Shown piece after piece: positions 27,946 to 37,129 of a stretch of 64,000 nucleotides of DNA; position 1 is the stretch's first letter, and every line of letters begins with the position of its first letter. Source of the DNA: an uncultured delta proteobacterium (GTDB taxonomy: Bacteria; Desulfobacterota; Binatia; Binatales; Binataceae); assembly GCA_963711565.1 (NCBI GenBank), contig CAVQEQ010000001.1, positions 192,001 through 256,000 of the forward strand. The letters are read 5' to 3'. The notes below the pieces were generated by a model that was given only the letters and a program-made list of their open reading frames with translations, ran no database searches and was not told the DNA's origin. Both the position numbers and the translations under genes were made by a program.

Positions 27946-28428
27946 CTATTTCTTGAGATCGATTGGTTGTGCGCAGGCGGAGCCGGCGGCGTTGTAGGCG
28001 AAGACCATTTCGCCGCCTAAGTCTGCGCCTGCTGTCAGTAGAAGCATCACTGCCAGCAGGCCTACCAAGAAGACGTAGCGGAATCGCGTTGGCATCGGGC
28101 GGGTTGCCAGCGCCCATACCGCCAAGACGCCGGTTTGAATTGAGGTCGCTACCATCAGGTGTTTATGATGACGCAGGAGTACGTCGCGGACTGATTGGGA
28201 GATCATCAGGCCGGGGGCGGCGTAGAAGCCGCTTATCAGAGCAGCGGCGGCGCCGAGCGCGCCCAGCATCAGCATCCAGAGCGCGGTCCATTGGAGCTTT
28301 TCGCTCGCCGTTATCCATCCCAGGAAATACATCAGCGACGCGCCGTAGATGAAGGCGATCGGGAAATGGACCAACAGGGGATGGTAGTTCTGTAGATTCG
28401 ACGCGCCCGGCAGAATGCGTTCCAGCAC
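27946..28428 (-). CDS. DUF2231-like membrane protein
   Basis: HPLLVHFPIA motif, 4 TM, LGGEMVF. Confidence 0.8.
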   Translation of the reverse strand: MLERILPGASNLQNYHPLLVHFPIAFIYGASLMYFLGWITASEKLQWTALWMLMLGALGAAAALISGFYAAPGLMISQSVRDVLLRHHKHLMVATSIQTGVLAVWALATRPMPTRFRYVFLVGLLAVMLLLTAGADLGGEMVFAYNAAGSACAQPIDLKK

Positions 28429-28447
28429 GACGCTGTTTTGCTCGCGG

Positions 28448-28807
28448 CTACTTCACTGATTCGACGACGATGAATTGCGTGCCGTTCTTGCTGTATTCCT
28501 TGCCGGTCACCGTCACCTCGTCTTCCATTCGCGAGATGACGCTCTGGGGAAGGGCAGAGGCGTCCTTATCGGGCAGAAGGATGTAGGATTTCTCGGTGCC
28601 TTTTTCGACGAGCAGCACAGGAATCCCAGCAGACGCGCACTTGATCGCACAGGCCTTGTGACCCGCGCCGTGCGCGCCCATCGTGCCGTAGCAGTACGAG
28701 TCGCGGAGATTGCCGGTGACGGTAGTCTCACCGCCGTCGGCGATCGCTATACCAGTCATTCCAATTGCAACGATGAGTCCTAGTCCAAGTTTCGTCAGGC
28801 GATTCAT
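28448..28807 (-). CDS. Exported small protein with C-x10-H-x2-C-x3-C motif
   Basis: Signal peptide, CYGTMGAHGAGHKACAIKC, AGGAGG SD. Confidence 0.75.
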   Translation of the reverse strand: MNRLTKLGLGLIVAIGMTGIAIADGGETTVTGNLRDSYCYGTMGAHGAGHKACAIKCASAGIPVLLVEKGTEKSYILLPDKDASALPQSVISRMEDEVTVTGKEYSKNGTQFIVVESVK

Positions 28808-28835
28808 GATTTCACCTCCTGAAAGCGATCACTGG

Positions 28836-29834
28836 CTAACGTCGATATGAACGTGCTTCGACGGTCGAGGCGACGTCGCCGCCGCCGAATATCTCGCGCC
28901 ATCCCTTGCGGCGCGTGCCGGGTAACCGCGCACCCATCCGTTGCAAGTGCAGCTCTAGGATCTGCTTGAGCTCTTCGTTGAGGCGCTCGATCTCGACTTC
29001 CTCGGGCATCCGGGGGCGCGGCTGCCCTTCAGTGATACCGCCGCGGCGGCGTCCGTAGAGTTGCTGCAAGCGCAACTCCGCCTTCGCGAACATCGCCTTG
29101 TACTTGTAGTCGAGCCGGCTGAGCGCATCGGTCATCGCGGCCAGCGCCACGAACCGGCGACGCATCCGCCACCATTCGAACATCGACAGCAGCATCACGC
29201 CGAACATGATCAGCGCAAAGACTCCGAGGCTGATGGCGGTCGCGCGCCACCATGGCAGCAGCTTGACGCCAAGATCCAAATCCTGGTTCTGGGCGGTGAG
29301 GTCCTGCAACTGGGTCTGGACCGATTTGAGCTGCTCCTCAGCCGAGTCCGCCTTCTGCTCGGCCGCCTGCTGTTGCGCGCTCAGCGTTTCGACCTGCGAC
29401 TTGAGAGTATTGACCTCAGTGGTGAAGGGATGCGGCACCTTCAGCACCTCGTCAACTTGCAGCTCCTCGTCAACGTGCATCCGGTTGGCGCGAGCGAGCT
29501 CGTCGGGCGTGATCCCGAACATCTGGGCGATAGCGCCAACCGAATCACCGGGGCGAACGGTGTATGGGATTATGTTCGCGGGATGGCTCGGTTTGACGAC
29601 GGGCGCGGGGGCAGACTGGTCGGCGGGCTGATCGGTGTCGGGGGCCTGGGACGGTTCAGCCTCGGATGGTTCGGCCTCGCTTGGGGGACTCACGACTCGC
29701 GAAGGGGGCGACGAGGGCGGAATCGTATTCTCGTTGAAGTCGGACTGGGCGAACGCAAGTCCGCATCCGGCAACGATAAACGTCACCGCGAGGGCAAATC
29801 TTGAGAAAATCGACCTGTACTGTCGCGCGATCAT
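28836..29834 (-). CDS. LysM domain membrane protein
   Basis: Signal peptide, YTVRPGDSV..IA..FG...LARAN LysM, coiled coil, TM. Confidence 0.85.
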   Translation of the reverse strand: MIARQYRSIFSRFALAVTFIVAGCGLAFAQSDFNENTIPPSSPPSRVVSPPSEAEPSEAEPSQAPDTDQPADQSAPAPVVKPSHPANIIPYTVRPGDSVGAIAQMFGITPDELARANRMHVDEELQVDEVLKVPHPFTTEVNTLKSQVETLSAQQQAAEQKADSAEEQLKSVQTQLQDLTAQNQDLDLGVKLLPWWRATAISLGVFALIMFGVMLLSMFEWWRMRRRFVALAAMTDALSRLDYKYKAMFAKAELRLQQLYGRRRGGITEGQPRPRMPEEVEIERLNEELKQILELHLQRMGARLPGTRRKGWREIFGGGDVASTVEARSYRR

Positions 29835-29910
29835 TGCCGGGAGCCTCGGCCTGCCAACCCATTCCAGTATCTATCAGAATCCGCTCAGGGTCTAGGATGT
29901 AGCAAAGATG

Positions 29911-30888
29911 CTACGAGCGCGTCGGCGGATGCAGGGCAGCATAGGCAGCGCCGACCACGCCGCCGCGCGGGCCGAGCGCGGCGCGAACGATCTTCGACTC
30001 GGCGGCCATCGCGGTGAAGGCTCGGTCGCGGACCTGGGCCGTCATGGTTTTGCGCATATACGGGAGCGCGCCGGCGACGCCGCCGCCGAGCACGACCAGT
30101 TCGGGATTGAAGATGTTTATGAAGGAGGCAATCGCGATTCCGAGGTAGTGGCCGGCGGTCGCGAAGGCGTCGAGGGCGAGCTGGTCGCCGCGGCGCGCCT
30201 GAGCCGAGAGTGCGCGCACCGAGAAGTTATTTTCAGAATCGACGATTCGCGCCGGCAACGGCGATCCCGGTGAGAGGCCGAGGCGTGCTTCGACGAGACC
30301 GCGCAGGCCGGACGCGGAGGCGTACGACTCGAGGCATCCGTGCGAGCCGCAGTCGCATCGCGGGCCATCGGGATTGACGGTCACGTGTCCCAATTCACCG
30401 GCCATCCCACTGCGCCCGTAGACCAGCTTGCCGCCGACGATCAGTCCACCGCCGACTCCGGTGCCGAGCGTCAGCAGGACGACGTCGCGCCGGCCGCGCG
30501 CAGCACCGCGCCAGTATTCGCCGAGCGCCCATGCGTTCGCGTCGTTGTCGAGGACGACCTTGCGGCCGATCAGGGTTTCGAGCTGGGCGCGCAGCGGGTA
30601 CCCGCGCCATGCGGCGACATGCGGCGCCTGCATCACGGTGCCCGAGTGCACGTTGAGGGGGCCCGGCACGGCGACTCCGATCGCGCGAGGCGAGCCGAGT
30701 CCGCGGCGACGGGCGGTATCGAGGAGATGAAGAGTCTGCGCGGCGATATTTTCAGCGACGTTGTGGGCATCGCGCGACGCGAGCGACGGGCCGTGCTCGA
30801 GGATGAGCACGTCGCCGTCGACGGACACGGCTGCGCATCGGATATTGGTGCCACCCATATCCAAGCCGACCGCCCATGATCGCGTCAT
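29911..30888 (-). CDS. ROK family sugar kinase (glucokinase-like)
   Basis: DMGGT, NDAN, GTGVGGG, GELGH, CDCGSHGCLE. Confidence 0.92.
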   Translation of the reverse strand: MTRSWAVGLDMGGTNIRCAAVSVDGDVLILEHGPSLASRDAHNVAENIAAQTLHLLDTARRRGLGSPRAIGVAVPGPLNVHSGTVMQAPHVAAWRGYPLRAQLETLIGRKVVLDNDANAWALGEYWRGAARGRRDVVLLTLGTGVGGGLIVGGKLVYGRSGMAGELGHVTVNPDGPRCDCGSHGCLESYASASGLRGLVEARLGLSPGSPLPARIVDSENNFSVRALSAQARRGDQLALDAFATAGHYLGIAIASFINIFNPELVVLGGGVAGALPYMRKTMTAQVRDRAFTAMAAESKIVRAALGPRGGVVGAAYAALHPPTRS

Positions 30889-31757
30889 TTGGCGGGTTCG
30901 CCCGGGAATTTCATCAGCGCGAGGTATTCGCGATTGCCGGCCGCGCCTTCGATCGGCGATTCGATCGTGCCGACCACGTCGAGCCCGATCTTGCGGGCGA
31001 ATTCGACGATGCCGGCGACCGCTTCAAGCCGCAGCTTTTCGTCCTTGACAATACCGCCCTTGCCGACCTTGCCCTTGCCGACTTCGAACTGCGGCTTGAT
31101 CAGCGCGACGAGCTCGGCGCGCGGCGCGACCAGCGCCAGCACCGCGGGAATTACCAGGCGCAGCGAAATAAAGCTGGTGTCGATGGTCACGAGCTCGGGC
31201 ACGTGGGGCAAGTCGGCAGGCGAGGCGAGCCGGATATTCATGCGATCGAGCACGGTGACGCGGGGATCCTCGCGCAGCTTGAGCACGAGCTGGCCGTAGC
31301 CGACGTCCATCGCGATGACAGCTCTGGCGCCGCGGCGCAGCAGCACGTCGGTGAAGCCGCCGGTCGATGCGCCAACGTCCAGCGCGAGCTTGCCTTCGAC
31401 CGAGAGCCCGAAATGCTCGAGCGCAGCGATCAACTTGTAGGCGCCGCGCGAGGCGAATTGCGGCGCACCGGCCATCAGCGCGATGTCGGTTTCGGAATCA
31501 ACCTTGAGATCGGCCTTGTAGGCGGGGCGCGAGTTGACGCGGACGCGTCCCGCCATGATGAGGCGCTGAGCAATCTCGCGGCTGTCGGCAAGACCGCGGC
31601 GCGCCATTTCGGCGTCGAGCCGGAAGCGGGCCAGCGGCGCCGACGAGCGGCGCGTCCTGGTTTTGGGCCGGGGCTTCGCGCCGGAACCGTTGTTAGAAGG
31701 GTGTTTCGTCGTCGTCCTTCGCGCCGGCGGGATGTTCGTCATCAGACGATGGTTCAA
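30885..31757 (-). CDS. tlyA: TlyA rRNA 2'-O-methyltransferase (start uncertain)
   Basis: S4 domain, SRGAYKL, DVGASTGGFTD, LIKPQFE. Confidence 0.95.
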   Translation of the reverse strand: MNHRLMTNIPPARRTTTKHPSNNGSGAKPRPKTRTRRSSAPLARFRLDAEMARRGLADSREIAQRLIMAGRVRVNSRPAYKADLKVDSETDIALMAGAPQFASRGAYKLIAALEHFGLSVEGKLALDVGASTGGFTDVLLRRGARAVIAMDVGYGQLVLKLREDPRVTVLDRMNIRLASPADLPHVPELVTIDTSFISLRLVIPAVLALVAPRAELVALIKPQFEVGKGKVGKGGIVKDEKLRLEAVAGIVEFARKIGLDVVGTIESPIEGAAGNREYLALMKFPGEPAK

Positions 31758-31974
31758 AGGGCGCCGTGCGCAGTTCGCCGCCGGCGCTCCGCGTTAGCAG
31801 TTCGACCTTGCGCTCGACCTCGTCGAGTTTCCCGTTGAGCGCCTTCACCAGCATCACGCCGCGTTCGAAGGCTGAGATAGATTCTTCGAGCGTGAGCTCG
31901 CCCGAATCGATCTGGCTGACGATCGTTTCAAGCTCCTTGAGCTCGTCCTCGAATTTTTTCGTCTTGGTACTCAT
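31693..31974 (-). CDS. xseB: Exodeoxyribonuclease VII small subunit
   Basis: FE..L.ELE.IV...G.LTLEES...FERG. Confidence 0.92.
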   Translation of the reverse strand: MSTKTKKFEDELKELETIVSQIDSGELTLEESISAFERGVMLVKALNGKLDEVERKVELLTRSAGGELRTAPFEPSSDDEHPAGAKDDDETPF

Positions 31975-31977
31975 CGT

Positions 31978-33333
31978 CTAGACAGAACGGCCGGTCGCGC
32001 GCGCGCTGAGCCGCCCCTTCGCCAGCCTGATGTCCAGCTCGTCGTCGAGCTTCACCGTCGCCGCGTCGAGCACCGCGCGCGAGTTGCTCTTGTTGATGAC
32101 GACGGCGTAGCCGCGGTCGAGAACTCTGAGCGGCGACAAGGCGTCGAGCCGCCCCGCCATCGCACCGAGCTGGCGTCGTTTGGCTTCCAGAGCCGATGCG
32201 GCGCCATGCACGAGATTGATCCGGAGACGCGAGGTCGCAACGCGCAGCTCGCGGACTCGCGCGTCGGGACTGCGAAGACGCAAGCGCAATTCGCGGACGC
32301 CGCGACGTTGGTCCGCGATTCGTGAGGACACTGCGTCGGCAAGATCGGCCTCGAGGGCGGCGACGCGATCGCGCGCGTCGGCGACAATGCTGCCGGGATG
32401 ACGGATGCGATCGGCGAGGTCGTCAACCGATTCGCGGCGGCCCGACAGTTCGCGCGCCATCACGCTCGCGAGCGACGCGCCGAGTGATTCGACGCGCTCC
32501 TTCAGCTCGTCGAGACTGGGCACGACCATCTGCGCGGCCGCAGTGGGAGTGGGCGCGCGAAGGTCGGCGACAAAATCGGCGATCGTGTAATCGACTTCGT
32601 GGCCGACGGCGGAAATCACGGGAATCAGCGAGCGGAAAATCGCGCGCGCGACGATCTCCTCGTTGAACGCCCACAAATCTTCGAGCGAGCCGCCGCCGCG
32701 GCCGACGATCAGCACCTCGGCGCGGCCGTCGCGATTGAGATCGGCGATCGCGTCGGCGATCTCCTGTGCCGAGCCGTCGCCCTGCACTCTCGCGGGCCTG
32801 AAGATCACCTGCATGCTCGGGAAGCGATCGAACAAGATGCGCAGCATGTCGCGGAGTCCCGCGCCGCCGCGCGCCGTGACGATCCCGATGCGTCGCGGCA
32901 GGAAGGGTATCGCGCGTTTCCGGGCGCGGTCGAACAATCCCTCCGCTTCGAGTCGCCGCTTCAGCTGCTCGAATGCGACCTGCAACGCGCCGACGCCGCG
33001 TGGCTCCATCTCCTCGGCGTAAAGTTGCAGCGAACCACGCTGTTCGAAGATTTGCACGCGGCCGCGAACGATCACTTCCATCCCGTCGAGAACCTTGAAG
33101 CGCATCCGCTGGAACGCCGACTTGAACATCACAGCGTTGATGGCGCTGCGGGAATCTTTCAGCGTGAAATAAAAATGATTGGACGGCGCGAGCCGCGCGT
33201 TCGAGATCTCGCCTACCACCCAGCCCTCGCCAAGATTTGCGTCGAGGGTATCGCGGACCATCCGCACCAGGTCCGATACGGTGATCAGACCGGTGCGATG
33301 GCCGCGCAAAGAAAGATTGAGCTGCCCCGCCAT
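31978..33333 (-). CDS. xseA: Exodeoxyribonuclease VII large subunit
   Basis: GEISN, HFYFTLKD, RGGGSLEDLWAFN, GHEVD, APTPTAAA. Confidence 0.97.
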   Translation of the reverse strand: MAGQLNLSLRGHRTGLITVSDLVRMVRDTLDANLGEGWVVGEISNARLAPSNHFYFTLKDSRSAINAVMFKSAFQRMRFKVLDGMEVIVRGRVQIFEQRGSLQLYAEEMEPRGVGALQVAFEQLKRRLEAEGLFDRARKRAIPFLPRRIGIVTARGGAGLRDMLRILFDRFPSMQVIFRPARVQGDGSAQEIADAIADLNRDGRAEVLIVGRGGGSLEDLWAFNEEIVARAIFRSLIPVISAVGHEVDYTIADFVADLRAPTPTAAAQMVVPSLDELKERVESLGASLASVMARELSGRRESVDDLADRIRHPGSIVADARDRVAALEADLADAVSSRIADQRRGVRELRLRLRSPDARVRELRVATSRLRINLVHGAASALEAKRRQLGAMAGRLDALSPLRVLDRGYAVVINKSNSRAVLDAATVKLDDELDIRLAKGRLSARATGRSV

Positions 33334-33485
33334 TGCGCGCTTAGCTTATCAGAACGAGTTGCCGGTCACCTATAAGGCGCGTCAGATGAGCTTTTCGATT
33401 CTGGAGAAGACAGACTTCTTCGCGGCCGGACTCTACCGAGAAGGTCCGCCTTGAAAGCAGCGTTCGCGCGAAGGATACTAATGCG

Positions 33486-33683
33486 ATGAATGGGAAGCAG
33501 AAAAGAGCTGCCAAGCCGGGTCCAACGGATCTCAACACCCGTGAAGCGGTCGAACAATTCCGCAAGGCGGCTGAAGAGTTCACGAAGAAGGCTACGAGAT
33601 CCAGAGAATCGGCGATGAAGGTGCTGGTTGAGGCCGGGATTTACACGAAGTCCGGCAAGCTCACCAAGAATTACCGGTCCTGA
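33486..33683 (+). CDS. Small basic protein, putative partner/antitoxin of the downstream gene
   Basis: 65 aa, L.EAGIYTKSGKL...Y, 18 nt before the next ORF. Confidence 0.65.
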   Translation: MNGKQKRAAKPGPTDLNTREAVEQFRKAAEEFTKKATRSRESAMKVLVEAGIYTKSGKLTKNYRS

Positions 33684-33701
33684 TCGCCAAACAGTTCCCG
33701 G

Positions 33702-34295
33702 TTGCATCAACTCGCTGCGAGTTTCGTTCTTGGCTACCACGGCTGTGACAAGGCCGTCGGCGAGCGAATCCTGAGAGGCGAGCCGTTCAAGGAAAGTAAT
33801 AACGACTATGACTGGCTCGGTCCCGGGATCTATTTCTGGGAAGCCAATCCTCTTCGCGGCCTCGACTTCGCCCGCGAAGCCAAGAGACGTGGCACATCCA
33901 ACATCGAACGGCCGTTCGTCATTGGCGCGGTGATATCGCTTGGGCTGTGCCTGGATCTCACGACCACCGCTGGAGTCGAACAAGTCCGCGCTGCCCACAG
34001 CTCTCTCGCGGAATCCACTGCCGTCGGTCGCGTCGAACTACCCCCGAATGGGCCCGACGGCCTCCTGCGACGATTGGATTGTGCGGTCATACAAATGGTC
34101 CACGCAATCCGGCGCGACCGAAGCGATCAGCCCGTCAACACGGTGAAGGGCGTATTCATCGAGGGCCGACCGGTTTACGAGGGTTCGGGCTTTTACGAGA
34201 GAACTCATATCCAAATTGCAGTGCGCAACCTCGACTGCATCAAAGGCGTATTCCGGGTTCCAGCGGCCCAGCTTCGATCAGTCAATCGAGCATGA
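33702..34295 (+). CDS. Putative ADP-ribosyltransferase-fold protein
   Basis: YHG, WLGPGIYFWE and HIQI motifs resembling the H-Y-Q/E ART triad. Confidence 0.6.
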   Translation: MHQLAASFVLGYHGCDKAVGERILRGEPFKESNNDYDWLGPGIYFWEANPLRGLDFAREAKRRGTSNIERPFVIGAVISLGLCLDLTTTAGVEQVRAAHSSLAESTAVGRVELPPNGPDGLLRRLDCAVIQMVHAIRRDRSDQPVNTVKGVFIEGRPVYEGSGFYERTHIQIAVRNLDCIKGVFRVPAAQLRSVNRA

Positions 34296-34863
34296 GCTTT
34301 TCGACGATTGACTTGGGGAGGGGCTCGCGGTCGCGCATCCGGCCCAAGTAGGAATCGCCGAGTAGTTTCTGCAGAGGGACTTCGGAAATTTCTGGAGCGG
34401 GATCGCAATCGCAGAGGATGCAGCCGGCGACTTTTATTCCGCGGCTCTCGCAGCGGCGCAGCGCTAGTGTCGTCGCATCGAGACAGCCGGGGCGATTGCC
34501 TACTATCACTATTACTTCGAGGTTGAGCATCGCGGCGAGGTCAGCGAAATCGATCGTGCTTGAGGATTCAACCAGGACGACGTCATTTTGCGCGGCGATT
34601 TCGTCGAAGCATCGCGAGATATGAGAGAGGTCGGGCGCCGGCGCGGGGGTTGAGCTGCAGCGGCATGGGCAAATTAGCTCCATCGGCGCGATGGAACCGA
34701 CTGCGAGCGCCAACGCTTGCGCATCCTGGGATTCGAGCGTGTCAACCGGTTTCATCACGCCGACGCGCATCCCCCGCGCCCGCATCGCGAATCCCAGCGC
34801 GCATCCGACGGTCGTTTTGCCGACTTGCGCGGCCGTACCGGTGATAAGGAATCGTCGCCCCAT
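34282..34863 (-). CDS. Dethiobiotin synthase-like protein, shortened/degenerate
   Basis: ITGT..VGKT, MKPV; lacks the canonical EGAGG. Confidence 0.7.
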   Translation of the reverse strand: MGRRFLITGTAAQVGKTTVGCALGFAMRARGMRVGVMKPVDTLESQDAQALALAVGSIAPMELICPCRCSSTPAPAPDLSHISRCFDEIAAQNDVVLVESSSTIDFADLAAMLNLEVIVIVGNRPGCLDATTLALRRCESRGIKVAGCILCDCDPAPEISEVPLQKLLGDSYLGRMRDREPLPKSIVEKLMLD

Positions 34864-34926
34864 GGCTGATCACGCTAAAAATTGAAGCTACCATCAATCC
34901 GATAGTTTTGATTGCTGGAGGGACCA

Positions 34927-35454
34927 ATGACCAACGCCAACGCACCCGTCGTCGAGAAATGGGAACGGCAGCGCATCCGGCATGTACATCGCCATAAGCC
35001 TGTCATCAATATCAATCAGGCTGACGCCGAGAAACTGACTAGCGGGCAGCGGATCGCGGATCGGCTGGCGACGGTGATGGGCAGTTGGTCGTTCATCATC
35101 GTGCAGTCGATAATTCTGGCGTTTTGGATCGTCTTGAACGTGGCGGCGTACGTCAATCATTGGGATCCCTACCCGTTCATCCTGCTCAACCTGGCGCTCA
35201 GTTTTCAGGCTGCGTACGCCGCGCCGATCATCATGATGTCGCAGAATCGGCAGGCCACGAAGGACCGGCTGATGGCCGAGCAGGATTACGAAATTAATCT
35301 AAAAGCCGAGGATGAGTTGAAATCGATCATGTCGCATCTCGAGCAGCAGGACGAAGTGATGCTCGACATCCTGCGCCGGATCGAGGGGCAGCATCAGGTG
35401 ATCATGGGAAGGCTCGATGTGGGAGCGGCCGGCGGCAGCAAAGCGCCGGCATGA
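34927..35454 (+). CDS. DUF1003 family membrane protein
   Basis: GSWSFI, DPYPFILLNL, APIIMMSQNRQ. Confidence 0.9.
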   Translation: MTNANAPVVEKWERQRIRHVHRHKPVININQADAEKLTSGQRIADRLATVMGSWSFIIVQSIILAFWIVLNVAAYVNHWDPYPFILLNLALSFQAAYAAPIIMMSQNRQATKDRLMAEQDYEINLKAEDELKSIMSHLEQQDEVMLDILRRIEGQHQVIMGRLDVGAAGGSKAPA

Positions 35455-35519
35455 CCTCACCCCTAACCCCTCTCCGTTCTGGAGACCCCTAACCCCTCTC
35501 CCTTCTGGAGAGGAGAACC
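35455..35519. repeat. REP-like element family C, tandem
   Basis: Two CCCCTAACCCCTCTCC..TTCTGGAGA units. Confidence 0.8.
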
Positions 35520-35560
35520 AAAAAAAGCGCCGGACATCATCGCGATGCCCGGCGCTTTGC
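35520..35560. terminator. Terminator between DUF1003 gene and ctpA
   Basis: AAAAAAGCGCCGG...CCGGCGCTTT stem. Confidence 0.65.
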
Positions 35561-35579
35561 GCGTCTATGTGTTCGTAAC

Positions 35580-37019
35580 CTAGTTCGAGTTGCCGCTGTC
35601 GGCTGTGGCTCCCGGTACTGCCGGGGCCGGCTCGCCCTTGGCCAGCTGCATCTTGAACGTGTTCCAATGCTTCAGGATGTCGATCGCGCGATCGAGCTGC
35701 ACGTCCTTCTCTTCTTTTGCCTTGGCGCCCTTCGCGCCCGGGCCATTGTCGTCGCCCTTGGTGGCTCCTGGAGCGGGTGCCGCACTCGTGCCGGGGGCGG
35801 GATTGTTCTGGTCTTTCTTCTGCCCGTTCTGGAAATGATGCGGCAGATCTCGCTCGTGGATTTCCGGGTTCTCGTCGAACTCGCCGCCCTCCTGCGTTAT
35901 CGACGCCATCGATTCCTTGGGTAGCTCGACATCGACATCAGGCGTGATTCCTACCGCCTGGATCGAGCGTCCGGCGGGAGTGTAGTAGCGCGCGGTCGTC
36001 AGCCGCAGGGCGGAATGATCGTCGAGCGGCAGGATTGTCTGCACCGAGCCCTTGCCGAAGGTCTGCGTGCCGAGGATCACGGCGCGCTTCTGATCCTGCA
36101 AGGCGCCGGCGACGATCTCGCTCGCGCTGGCGCTGCCGCCGTTGACCAGCACCACCATCGGGTAGTCAACGAACCCCGGCTTCTTGTGCGCGAAGTATTT
36201 CTGCTGCTGATTTTCCTCGCGCCCCTGGGTGTAAACGATCAGGCCGCCGTCGAGGAAATCGTCTGAGACTTTCACGGCCTGGTTCAGCAATCCGCCGGGG
36301 TTGTCGCGCAGGTCGAAAACGATTCCCTTGATCTTGCCGTGATCCTTCAATTCGAACTCGTCGATCGCCTTCTCGACGCCGTCGCCCGTGTTCTCCTGGA
36401 AAGTAGTGACGCGAATGTAACCGTAGCCCTCAGGCAGCATCTTCGACTTGACCGACTGAATCTTGATCACGTCGCGCGCGAGCGTCACCGTGAACAGCTC
36501 GGGCACGTTGTTGCGATGCAGGGTCAGCTTGATCTTGCTGCCCTTGGGTCCGCGCATCCGCTTGACCGCCTCGGTGAGCGACATGTCCTTGGTGAAGTCG
36601 TCGTCGATCTTGATTATCTGGTCGCCCGCCTTGAGCCCCGCGCGATAAGCCGGCGTATCCTCGATCGGCGCGACTACGGTCAGCGCGCCATTCTTGATGG
36701 TTATTTCGATCCCAAGTCCGCCGAAGCTGCCGCGGGTCTCGACTTCGAGGTCGCGGTACAGATCGGGCGTCAGGTACGCGCTATGCGGGTCGAGCGACGC
36801 CAGCATCCCGCTGATTGCGCCGTCGATCAGCTGCTTGGTCGTTACCGGTTCGACGTAGTTTTTCTGGACGATTGCGAGGACGCTCGCGAAGGTATCGAGC
36901 TCCTGGTAGGTGTCGTTCGAGAGCGCCTGGGCGCGGCGGACGGCGACCTCCTGGAGCGCCAGAAAACAAACGACCAGTGAGATCGCCAACGTGATTGACC
37001 ATCGATGTCTTTTAATCAT
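35580..37019 (-). CDS. ctpA: Carboxyl-terminal processing protease (S41)
   Basis: PDZ GLGI, DLRDNPGGLL, SASASE, FGKGSVQ. Confidence 0.95.
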   Translation of the reverse strand: MIKRHRWSITLAISLVVCFLALQEVAVRRAQALSNDTYQELDTFASVLAIVQKNYVEPVTTKQLIDGAISGMLASLDPHSAYLTPDLYRDLEVETRGSFGGLGIEITIKNGALTVVAPIEDTPAYRAGLKAGDQIIKIDDDFTKDMSLTEAVKRMRGPKGSKIKLTLHRNNVPELFTVTLARDVIKIQSVKSKMLPEGYGYIRVTTFQENTGDGVEKAIDEFELKDHGKIKGIVFDLRDNPGGLLNQAVKVSDDFLDGGLIVYTQGREENQQQKYFAHKKPGFVDYPMVVLVNGGSASASEIVAGALQDQKRAVILGTQTFGKGSVQTILPLDDHSALRLTTARYYTPAGRSIQAVGITPDVDVELPKESMASITQEGGEFDENPEIHERDLPHHFQNGQKKDQNNPAPGTSAAPAPGATKGDDNGPGAKGAKAKEEKDVQLDRAIDILKHWNTFKMQLAKGEPAPAVPGATADSGNSN

Positions 37020-37129
37020 GAAAATTAGTTACTGTCGGAACACGTGATAGTGAGTTGTCCATTTAAGCAGATAAGACACCTTGATGCATACGACCACAAA
37101 ACCGCGCCGTTACGTCGATAACCCTCTTT

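Noticed and set aside
30885-33333. Absence of ispA/dxs between xseB and tlyA as a novel feature
   Set aside because: Simple gene-order variation; these genes may lie elsewhere.
35455-35519. Telomere-like (CCCTAA)n repeats
   Set aside because: Only 1-2 units per site, embedded in REP-like hairpins in a bacterial context.
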